Virus record (IMG/VR): IMGVR_UViG_3300025127_000046
Coordinates: 1-56,264 of that record
Origin: a virus
Taxonomy: Duplodnaviria; Caudoviricetes
DNA: 56,264 bases
Strand: one strand, 5' to 3'
The notes below the pieces were generated by a model, which was given only the letters and a program-made list of their open reading frames with translations, was not told the DNA's origin and did not search any database. Both the position numbers and the translations under genes were made by a program. The first letter of the stretch is position 1, and each line of letters starts with the position of its first letter. This document shows, one piece after another, positions 31,668 to 39,058 of this stretch.

Positions 31668-32783
31668 ATGGCAGATAGCTTTTATAAAACACTAGACGGT
31701 GCAATTGATATTGTTGACACAAGGACACTATTACATGAAGCAATACCGTTGACTGGGACTATTGTTTCTGGTACTTATGGAACAAACAACATTAAAAATT
31801 TTGCTCACGGCATGTTTCAGTCCGTATATGATTATCCTTACCTTAGTTCTTCGGCTAATCATATTTTTGACATAACAATTGGAGTAGGTGCTTCCTCAGG
31901 TTTGGCTGCTAGCATCACGACCACAAATGGGCAAAAATCAAAGAAGAGAAACATTTACAATCAAATGGCACAATTACTAATGGGCTATGACCATACTGGT
32001 TCTGTTTTGCAGTTTGATGAAGATGGTAATATTGCTGGTGGCGGCACCAAAATGAACGATGTTGTCTTTCTAAACTTTTCACGCCTATTGGTAAAAGACG
32101 AGATAAAGAAAGGTTCTTTTTCGTTAGACCTTGGGGTCACTCCGGCATACGCTCCGGGATCACATATGGCAAAAAGAATAACAATCTCAGATCAAAGTGG
32201 ATCTAGTGGCTATCTTGTAAATTCCCCTGCTGGAGAATATGGCATTCTATATGCAACAAATAGTTCTGGCGTGACCGCTAATATTTTGAAAGCAAACCAA
32301 TCATATGCAGTTGGCCATATTTACTATCAAGCAGGGATCGCAGTTATTAGTTCCTCTGTATTCTTAAAACAATCAGATGGTGGGATCTTAAATAATAGTC
32401 ATTATTCACTAAGTATGTCAGGACCATCTACAACATCTGAAAACTTTAAGGCTGTCTTAACAGGATCGCAAATTTCAGGAGCAGCAGACAACATTAGGTC
32501 AAGAATATACAATATTCAATTCAACAACACAGTTGAGCTTAATTCTACAATTTATTTTTGCAGAATGAATCATAACGAATTCAATTATTCTACTAACCCA
32601 ACCTATCTCAACAATAGTAAATTGAGAGTAAAGACAAAGTCTACTGATTCTCCTGTTGCTTATATAACGACAATTGGTCTTTATAACGATAATAATGAAT
32701 TGATGGCGGTTGCTAAATTATCTGAACCTCTCAAGAAGGACCCAAGTCAAGAATACACAATTAGAGCCCGTTTAGATTATTAG
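31668..32783 (+). CDS. Baseplate/tail-collar-like structural protein
   Basis: C-terminal YITTIGLYNDNNELMAVAKLSEPLKK...IRARLDY. Confidence 0.6.
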   Translation: MADSFYKTLDGAIDIVDTRTLLHEAIPLTGTIVSGTYGTNNIKNFAHGMFQSVYDYPYLSSSANHIFDITIGVGASSGLAASITTTNGQKSKKRNIYNQMAQLLMGYDHTGSVLQFDEDGNIAGGGTKMNDVVFLNFSRLLVKDEIKKGSFSLDLGVTPAYAPGSHMAKRITISDQSGSSGYLVNSPAGEYGILYATNSSGVTANILKANQSYAVGHIYYQAGIAVISSSVFLKQSDGGILNNSHYSLSMSGPSTTSENFKAVLTGSQISGAADNIRSRIYNIQFNNTVELNSTIYFCRMNHNEFNYSTNPTYLNNSKLRVKTKSTDSPVAYITTIGLYNDNNELMAVAKLSEPLKKDPSQEYTIRARLDY

Positions 32784-32794
32784 ATCTCAATAAA

Positions 32795-32802
32795 CTAATT
32801 AT
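32795..32802 (+). promoter_or_regulatory. Candidate late promoter CTAATTAT
   Basis: Intergenic variant of the motif before a GGGAGG RBS. Confidence 0.5.
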
Positions 32803-32815
32803 TGGGAGGCTATCA

Positions 32816-33973
32816 ATGACATTTTACAAATTTGAAGAAGATGATTTATTTACAAACACTATAGAGGCTTATCCGCAATATTCTTTTTATATTCAGAGCG
32901 GATCACTTTATGTCGATAATATTCCGAATATTACAAGTTCAACCAATGCTAACATTCTAAATGTACCGCAGGGCGAGACTTCTTTATATGAAATGAACAT
33001 AAATCGCTCTAATAACTTTATTCATCCGTTTGTTATAAAGAACAGCAGCCGAGACAGTTTCAAGAAAATAAAAAAAGAGGTTTACAATTCAAGTCTGACA
33101 TTTGACGGCCAGACGGCTGCATCATCATACAGGATGTCTGCAAGCCTGTCGAGAGATTATTTCAGCACTACGACTAGATCTAGAATTCAAGCACTAAAGA
33201 ATAACTTCAAACATTACACTTACTTATCACCCCACTATCAGTATTCGTCATCACTTGGCGATAAAGCAACACAAAACATCAATCTAATCTCCATTCCTTC
33301 TATATTGTATGGCTCATCAATAAAAAAAGGCTCTTTATCGCTAAAATACTATATTTCTGGTAGTCTGGTAGGAGAGCTATCTGACTATAGAAGGAATGGA
33401 GATTTAGTTCAAGTTGGGCCTGCTGGTTCTACGGGATCCGGATCAGTGGCTGGTGTTGTTTTATACAATGAGGGGTTCGTCGCATTAACTGGCAGTTGGT
33501 CTCTTGATTCTCATTCTATTGCGTATGACACAACAGGCAACTCAAAGTGGGTACATTTTGGCTATGGTATCAAAAACAGTTCCGGCGTCAAGCCCACAAT
33601 CGCCAGTACAACTTTGTCTGCTAGTTTTCTGATGGAATACTCAGGAACTACTCATACACAAGTCTTGACAATGATGGCTCATTCGCCTTATGGTGAATTA
33701 AATCATTCTAATAATCCGACATTTGTATCATCGTCAAATAAATTCGAAATCACATCGGGATCACATCAGTTTGTAGAATCCCCAAAGGTAATAAAGAATG
33801 TTGTCTATTCTCAGTTTGCTGATGTGGAGCCGCAATTTAAAAAAGTTGTTTACATTTCAAAAATAGGACTGTATGACAAAGACAAAAACCTAATTGGTAT
33901 TGCAAAAGTAGCAACGCCTGTAAGAAAAACTGAGGAGCAATCATATACATTCAAGCTAAAATTAGACATTTAG
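32816..33973 (+). CDS. Structural protein, paralogue of 31668..32783
   Basis: Shares IKKGS, G.v.Y..G, N.S.NPT and C-terminal YISKIGLYDKDKNLIGIAK...FKLKLDI. Confidence 0.6.
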   Translation: MTFYKFEEDDLFTNTIEAYPQYSFYIQSGSLYVDNIPNITSSTNANILNVPQGETSLYEMNINRSNNFIHPFVIKNSSRDSFKKIKKEVYNSSLTFDGQTAASSYRMSASLSRDYFSTTTRSRIQALKNNFKHYTYLSPHYQYSSSLGDKATQNINLISIPSILYGSSIKKGSLSLKYYISGSLVGELSDYRRNGDLVQVGPAGSTGSGSVAGVVLYNEGFVALTGSWSLDSHSIAYDTTGNSKWVHFGYGIKNSSGVKPTIASTTLSASFLMEYSGTTHTQVLTMMAHSPYGELNHSNNPTFVSSSNKFEITSGSHQFVESPKVIKNVVYSQFADVEPQFKKVVYISKIGLYDKDKNLIGIAKVATPVRKTEEQSYTFKLKLDI

Positions 33974-33976
33974 TAC

Positions 33977-34005
33977 TTGACAAGTGTATAATTATGTGTT
34001 ATAAT
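33977..34005 (+). promoter_or_regulatory. Consensus sigma70 promoter
   Basis: TTGACA (33977-33982), 17-nt spacer, TATAAT (34000-34005). Confidence 0.9.
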
Positions 34006-34013
34006 ATAGTATT

Positions 34014-34535
34014 ATGAAAGAAGTTGTTTTAGGATTAGATATCAGTACTAGTAAAGTTGGTCTTTGTGTAATGGATTATAAATTCAATCTATTAGAGACC
34101 ACGCTGATCAAGTTAAATACAAAAGAAGCACTAGAAGACAGGTGCCTACACATAGAAGAGTTTATTAACAATCTTGATTATAACATCAAAGATGTTTATG
34201 TCGAGTCTGCTTTTATAGCATTTTCCGGTGGAAAGACATCAGCAGTCACAATGAGCAAGCTACAGAGATTCAACGGAATGGTTTGCTTTATGATTAGAAA
34301 GCTGCTTGGCTTTATGGCAGTTCCATTGTCACCTGCTAAAGCAAGAGGGCTCGTTCATCTAAAAATAAAGCGTGGAGAAAACACCAAGCTAAGAGTGATT
34401 GAGCATGTTGAGCGTGCATTCCCAAAAGACTTTAATTATGAACTAACAAGACATGGAAACCCTAAGCCCGGCACCGATGATCGAGCGGATGCAATTGTCA
34501 TTGCATGGGCTGGCTTAAATCAAAAAAAGACCTAA
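34014..34535 (+). CDS. RuvC-like Holliday junction resolvase
   Basis: RNase H-fold catalytic pattern LGLDIST..G, VYVES, DDRADAIVIA. Confidence 0.8.
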   Translation: MKEVVLGLDISTSKVGLCVMDYKFNLLETTLIKLNTKEALEDRCLHIEEFINNLDYNIKDVYVESAFIAFSGGKTSAVTMSKLQRFNGMVCFMIRKLLGFMAVPLSPAKARGLVHLKIKRGENTKLRVIEHVERAFPKDFNYELTRHGNPKPGTDDRADAIVIAWAGLNQKKT

Positions 34536-34561
34536 TTAATGATTGATTGGAGTTATTGATT

Positions 34562-35692
34562 ATGAATTTTACATTGGAACAAGTACAACAAATCATTCAA
34601 GAGGAACTTGAAGATATTATCGCTGAGGATTGTTGGGATGGATATGAGCGTGTCGAAGGAACTGCTGAAGGTGCTCCCGGCTCTTGTCGCAAGAAGACTG
34701 ACGAAAGTATAAACGAAGAGCAGATTGACGAAGCAGAAATTTGCAAGAAAGGAAAAGATTGGGTTGATGGTAAGACAATCGGAGGCCAGAAGGTTAGCCG
34801 TGGTAAGGATGGAAAGTTCAACAACTGGTCTGCAAGAGCAGCACAAATTGCATCTAAATATTGCAAAGACCCTAACTACGGAAAAGGTAGAGGCAAGGAT
34901 TCTAAAAAGGAAGGAATCATCAGAGAAGAAGAAGGTGGCCTGAAAAAATGGGAAAGAGAAAACTGGACTCATTCAGATGGTTCGCCGTGTGGTGCACCCA
35001 AAGGAGGAGGCGACGGATCTGATAGTCGCTGCAAGCCAGCATCAAAATGGGCAAAAATGTCTTCTAAAGAAAAGAAGGCTGATAATGCGAAAAAGAAGCG
35101 TGGCACCGATAAAGGCAAGCAATATGTAAAATCTAATTATCCTGTAAAAAACGAATCACGTAAAAGGGTTATTGAAGTGCGTATAGTTAAAAAATCAAAA
35201 TTAAAAGAACAAAAAAATTGTGGCTGTGGTCAAGACCCATGCAAAACATATGGACTCCAAGAGCAATACATCAGAGAAGAAGAAATGAGCGATAAGGACA
35301 GAAAAGAGTTGGAGCAAATTCGAGATAAATTATATGGCGCTTCAAAAGCACATAAAGGCCAAGCAGATAAACTTGATGGCATATTGAAAGAAGAAGAATT
35401 AGAAGAAGCGGTGTATCAAGGAAGAACAGTTACGCTAAACAAGCCAATGCGTGGTGACGTTAAAAAATTCAAAGTTTATGTCAATTCTGGGAAAAAAGAC
35501 AAAGATGGTAAAGTAATAGCAAAGAAAGTTAATTTTGGTCACGGTGGAACCTCAGCTAAAGCCAAAGGCGAAAAGACAATGAAGATTAGAAAAAACAATC
35601 CGAAGGCTAGAAAAAACTTTAGAGCCCGTCACGGTTGCGATAATCCGGGACCAAAAACGAAAGCCAAATATTGGTCTTGCAAAAAGTGGTAA
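34562..35692 (+). CDS. Modular basic protein (putative internal head/DNA-binding polyprotein)
   Basis: Lys-rich Cys-containing modules (CWDGY; GLKKW.RENW...PCG...CKP; NFRARHGC...YWSCKKW) separated by acidic linkers. ATG 34562 after GGAG; CTAATTAA motif at 34532. Confidence 0.6.
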   Translation: MNFTLEQVQQIIQEELEDIIAEDCWDGYERVEGTAEGAPGSCRKKTDESINEEQIDEAEICKKGKDWVDGKTIGGQKVSRGKDGKFNNWSARAAQIASKYCKDPNYGKGRGKDSKKEGIIREEEGGLKKWERENWTHSDGSPCGAPKGGGDGSDSRCKPASKWAKMSSKEKKADNAKKKRGTDKGKQYVKSNYPVKNESRKRVIEVRIVKKSKLKEQKNCGCGQDPCKTYGLQEQYIREEEMSDKDRKELEQIRDKLYGASKAHKGQADKLDGILKEEELEEAVYQGRTVTLNKPMRGDVKKFKVYVNSGKKDKDGKVIAKKVNFGHGGTSAKAKGEKTMKIRKNNPKARKNFRARHGCDNPGPKTKAKYWSCKKW

Positions 35693-35699
35693 AAAATAC

Positions 35700-35727
35700 T
35701 TGACAAATTTTTCTAATAGGTTATATT
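35700..35727 (+). promoter_or_regulatory. Sigma70-type promoter
   Basis: A-tract, TTGACA (35700-35705), 16-nt spacer, TATATT; GGAGG RBS downstream. Confidence 0.7.
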
Positions 35728-35749
35728 GATATTAACATCGGAGGTCAAT

Positions 35750-36667
35750 ATGACAATAAACTTAGGATATGCATGTATCAACATGACATTACAAAAACAA
35801 AAGATCTGCTCTAATCGTGGCATGATCAAGCGCACTTTTAAATCTAAAGGTGTCGCATACGCATCAGAGCTAGCACTTATAAACGTGAAGGCTCTCAAAA
35901 AGATTATCGAGTGGAATAACACAAACGGCATCAAAGTCTATCGCATGACATCATGCCTGTTCCCTTGGTTCTCAGAATATGATATTTTTACTTTGCCAGA
36001 CATTGATGCTATTGCTGATATTTTGTCCGAAGCTGGTGAAATTGCAATGTCTGGCGGTCAACGTTTATCATTTCACCCCGGTCCCTTCAATTGTCTCGCA
36101 TCTCCAAGCGACGATGTGGTTCGCAAAACTATCGCAGAACTTGACGCACACTCGACGCAAATGGATCTTATGGGTTTGCCGGAATCTCCCCAAGCTAAAA
36201 TCAACATTCATGTCGGTGGTTCATATGGTGAACACGACAAAGCTCTTGCTAGATTCTGTAACAACTTTGCAAGACTGGCTCCAAACACACAAGCCAGACT
36301 CACTGTTGAGAACGATGATCGAGCCTCTCTGTATTCTACTAAAATGCTATACGACGGTGTGTTTTCTAAAGTTGGTGTTCCAATAGTTTTCGACTCACAT
36401 CATCATGAACTTGGTCCCCAAGATCTAGATTATCACGATGCGTTTTATCTTGCACGATCAACGTGGGACAAGATTGGTGTTAAGCAGATTTGTCATCATT
36501 CAAACTCTAAGAAAAAGTATGAGGACGAGTCAGTCAGAGCTAGTGCACATTCGGATTGGTACTATACGCCATTCGAAAACTACAAACAACCAGTCGATGT
36601 TGTGCTTGAGTGCAAGATGAAAGAGCAAGCGTTACTAAAATACAAAAAAGATTTTACATGCGTGTAG
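35750..36667 (+). CDS. uvsE: UV DNA damage endonuclease UvsE/UVDE
   Basis: LGYACIN, YRMTS.LFPW, RLSFHPGPF, INIHVGG, RLTVENDD, VFDSHHH, AHSD and LECKMKEQA are UVDE motifs. Start ATG 35750 after GGAGG. Confidence 0.93.
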   Translation: MTINLGYACINMTLQKQKICSNRGMIKRTFKSKGVAYASELALINVKALKKIIEWNNTNGIKVYRMTSCLFPWFSEYDIFTLPDIDAIADILSEAGEIAMSGGQRLSFHPGPFNCLASPSDDVVRKTIAELDAHSTQMDLMGLPESPQAKINIHVGGSYGEHDKALARFCNNFARLAPNTQARLTVENDDRASLYSTKMLYDGVFSKVGVPIVFDSHHHELGPQDLDYHDAFYLARSTWDKIGVKQICHHSNSKKKYEDESVRASAHSDWYYTPFENYKQPVDVVLECKMKEQALLKYKKDFTCV

Positions 36668-36837
36668 GCGATCTTGTTGTTTGGAAGCCTGACCTGCCCT
36701 TTCAATTCTCTAGAGATTATGGAATTGTCATTGAGGTTATTGATGGCTTTTTGGTCGGTGTTTTGTGGCTCGGCTCTACCGAAGTTTATTTAGAGCCAAT
36801 TAGGTATTTGGAGGTTATTTATGAAGAGGGCAATTAG
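36658..36837 (+). CDS. Small SH3/KOW-like protein 1
   Basis: MRVGDLVVWK...GIVIEV...VLW...LEVI. Confidence 0.75.
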   Translation: MRVGDLVVWKPDLPFQFSRDYGIVIEVIDGFLVGVLWLGSTEVYLEPIRYLEVIYEEGN

Positions 36838-37033
36838 TTCCATAAAGAAAGGTGCGCTTGTAAAAAAGAAGTACAATATTGACGAGGTTTTTGGCATCAC
36901 AACCTCAAATGTCGAATACCATAGTCCAATGAACAGCGGCACAGTTACCGCATATATTTGGGTTTTATGGGATGATGGTGACCACCACCTTTACAAAGTA
37001 GATATGTTGGAGGAAGTAAATGAAAGTAGGTGA
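36821..37033 (+). CDS. Small SH3/KOW-like protein 2
   Basis: IKKGALVK...FGI...VLWDDG...LEEVNESR; GGAGG RBS. Confidence 0.7.
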   Translation: MKRAISSIKKGALVKKKYNIDEVFGITTSNVEYHSPMNSGTVTAYIWVLWDDGDHHLYKVDMLEEVNESR

Positions 37034-37187
37034 TTTAGTAAGAGTAAAAAATACGCCGTGGGATGATTTAGGAATTATTTTAGAAATAAACGGCAATTTC
37101 AAGTGGGCAGAAGTGCATTGGGTAACTTCCGGGTACATCTATGCTTTTTTTGCTGAAGACTTGGAGGTAGTAAATGGAAGTGGGTGA
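37020..37187 (+). CDS. Small SH3/KOW-like protein 3 (55 aa, not in ORF track)
   Basis: MKVGDLVRVKNTPWDDLGIILEINGNFKWAEVHWVTSGYIYAFFAEDLEVVNGSG*; GGAGG RBS. Confidence 0.8.
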   Translation: MKVGDLVRVKNTPWDDLGIILEINGNFKWAEVHWVTSGYIYAFFAEDLEVVNGSG

Positions 37188-37356
37188 TCTCGTTTGGCTC
37201 GATAGGAGACAATTTTATGAGCATGACGAGAACGTTGGTATTATTTTAGAAGTCTTACAGACTCCTGATGGCAAACTTCTTAAAGTTGCATGGGATAATA
37301 ATGAGGCTTCATGGTTTCACGAAGACGAATTGGAGGTAATAAGTGAAAATAGGTGA
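37174..37356 (+). CDS. Small SH3/KOW-like protein 4
   Basis: MEVGDLVW...GIILEV...KVAW...ELEVISENR. Confidence 0.8.
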   Translation: MEVGDLVWLDRRQFYEHDENVGIILEVLQTPDGKLLKVAWDNNEASWFHEDELEVISENR

Positions 37357-37519
37357 TTTGGTTAAACTTAAAACAGGAACTGAGATTTATGGCTTCATTG
37401 TTTGTATACAAGAAAATAAATGGATTGGTTCTCGATGCGCCGTTGTCTGGCTACAGGACGGATTCCCAAAGAAATGGTATGCATTAGTCGAACTGGAGGT
37501 GTTAAATGAAAGTAGGTGA
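37343..37519 (+). CDS. Small SH3/KOW-like protein 5 (58 aa, GTG start, not in ORF track)
   Basis: MKIGDLVKLKTGTEIYGFIVCIQENKWIGSRCAVVWLQDGFPKKWYALVELEVLNESR*; GGAGG RBS. Confidence 0.8.
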   Translation: MKIGDLVKLKTGTEIYGFIVCIQENKWIGSRCAVVWLQDGFPKKWYALVELEVLNESR

Positions 37520-37691
37520 TATAGTTTACATGAGCAAATCGATGCTCGAAATGGGATACCCAGAGATGGGAATAGTTGTGGGAATGAAAGGTAAACATTA
37601 TGTTGTTGGTTTTCCAAATGGATTGGTTCAACCATTTCATCCTAACTGGGTTAGGGCCATATCAATCGAAAGGAAGAATAATGGCAAATAA
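37506..37691 (+). CDS. Small SH3/KOW-like protein 6
   Basis: MKVGDIVY...GIVVG...VVGF. Confidence 0.75.
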   Translation: MKVGDIVYMSKSMLEMGYPEMGIVVGMKGKHYVVGFPNGLVQPFHPNWVRAISIERKNNGK

Positions 37692-37926
37692 ATTTAAGGT
37701 AGGAGATCTTGTGAGGCATGTGCACTGGGATCTGTATGGAATAATTGTGCCAAGTGACAATTATTATAACTGGGTAAGAGTGATGTGGACTCGTGGAGAT
37801 TTGGAAAAGCCACCCCAAGGAATTACTTGGATGATGAAGGAGGAACGAGTTGGTTGGAATTCAACACAATTCCCCGTTTGTAAAGTGGCGAAGCATTGGA
37901 TCAAATTAGTACAAAAGGAGGAATAA
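37681..37926 (+). CDS. Small SH3/KOW-like protein 7
   Basis: MANKFKVGDLVRH...YGII...VRVMW; start 37681 after AGGA. Confidence 0.7.
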   Translation: MANKFKVGDLVRHVHWDLYGIIVPSDNYYNWVRVMWTRGDLEKPPQGITWMMKEERVGWNSTQFPVCKVAKHWIKLVQKEE

Positions 37927-38864
37927 TGGAAGAAAAAGTTAAAATTTTATCGGAGATCTTGGGAAGACCCAACACTCCATCGGGCGGTGAGTTGTACTAC
38001 CATTGTCCTTATTGTAATCATCACAAGAAGAAGTTGGCAGTCAATCTCAAGAAAGGTTGGCACTGCTGGGTCTGCGACAAACGAGGCAAGAATGCTTATC
38101 GCATTGTCCGTAAGTTTGGAACATACCAGCAAAGACAGAAGTGGCTTGAGTTGGAAGGTCGTCTCGACCTATCAGAATTTGATCAAATCTTTAATGAATT
38201 GAATAATCTTGAAGAAGTACAGACAATCTCACTACCAGATGAATTTATATCGCTCTGTAACAAACACCTGCCTCGCACATGCAGAAAACCTTTAGAATAC
38301 TTGGAGAGCAGAGGTATAGGCAAAGATAAGATACTGAGATGGAAAATAGGTTACTGTCCCGAAGGCCAATATGGAGGCAGAATAATCATACCTTCGTTCA
38401 ACAATAACGGAGACATTAATTATTTTATTGCAAGATCTTATGTTGGTCACTCATGGAGATACCTCAATCCCCCGGCTAAAAAGGACGTTATTTTCAACGA
38501 ATTGTTTGTAGACTGGGATGAGCCGATCACGTTAGTAGAAGGAGTTTTTGATGCTATAGCGGCTGGGGAAAATGCTATTCCTGTGCTTGGGTCCACCCTG
38601 CGAGACAAAACAAAATTATTTCAGGCGATAGCCCTGAATGACACGCCGGTTTACTTAGCTTTTGATCAAGACGCTGAAAAAAAGACTGGACAAATTATTA
38701 AGAACATGTTATACTATGATATAGAGTTATACAAGATAGATGTAAGTGGCTTTGAGGACATCGCTGAAATGCCACGAAGGGTTTTGGAAACTCGAAGGGA
38801 AATGGCGCAAGCCATTGACCATGATGATTATTTTTTAATTGACGAACTTAGGAGGATAATGTGA
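37926..38864 (+). CDS. DNA primase (Zn finger + TOPRIM)
   Basis: CPYC..H...WHCWVC zinc finger; YLESRGI; RIIIP; TOPRIM LVEGVFDAI and AFDQD. Start ATG 37926 after GGAGG. Confidence 0.88.
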   Translation: MEEKVKILSEILGRPNTPSGGELYYHCPYCNHHKKKLAVNLKKGWHCWVCDKRGKNAYRIVRKFGTYQQRQKWLELEGRLDLSEFDQIFNELNNLEEVQTISLPDEFISLCNKHLPRTCRKPLEYLESRGIGKDKILRWKIGYCPEGQYGGRIIIPSFNNNGDINYFIARSYVGHSWRYLNPPAKKDVIFNELFVDWDEPITLVEGVFDAIAAGENAIPVLGSTLRDKTKLFQAIALNDTPVYLAFDQDAEKKTGQIIKNMLYYDIELYKIDVSGFEDIAEMPRRVLETRREMAQAIDHDDYFLIDELRRIM

Positions 38865-39058
38865 GTGAGAAAGAGAAAGAATATTTACAAAAAGATTATA
38901 TTAAACTAAAAAATATATGCCGTGATCTTGTTTGGATGACACACGGAACAACGGATAAAGAAGAGCATTATGACTTAGTCAAAATGACAATACCAGCAAT
39001 CAGGGAAGCCCTTGAAATTATGAAGCAACTTATAGAGGAGGAACAATGTATAAGATAG
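38861..39058 (+). CDS. Small hypothetical protein
   Basis: AGGAGG RBS; overlaps both neighbours. Confidence 0.6.
   Translation: MSEKEKEYLQKDYIKLKNICRDLVWMTHGTTDKEEHYDLVKMTIPAIREALEIMKQLIEEEQCIR

Larger units (their letters stand above)
36808..37522 (+). repeat. Five degenerate ~30-bp direct repeats at minigene junctions
   Basis: Consensus TTGGAGGnnnTAAATGAAAGTAGGTGATtT at 37007, 37161, 37330 and 37493, plus a divergent copy at 36808. Confidence 0.8.

Noticed and set aside
14277-33973. Diversity-generating retroelement acting on structural genes
   Set aside because: No reverse transcriptase and no template/variable repeat pair detected by eye in this window.
36808-37522. CRISPR array interpretation of the junction repeats
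   Set aside because: Repeats are degenerate and non-palindromic, the period is 154-199 bp, the intervening DNA is protein-coding, and no cas genes are present.
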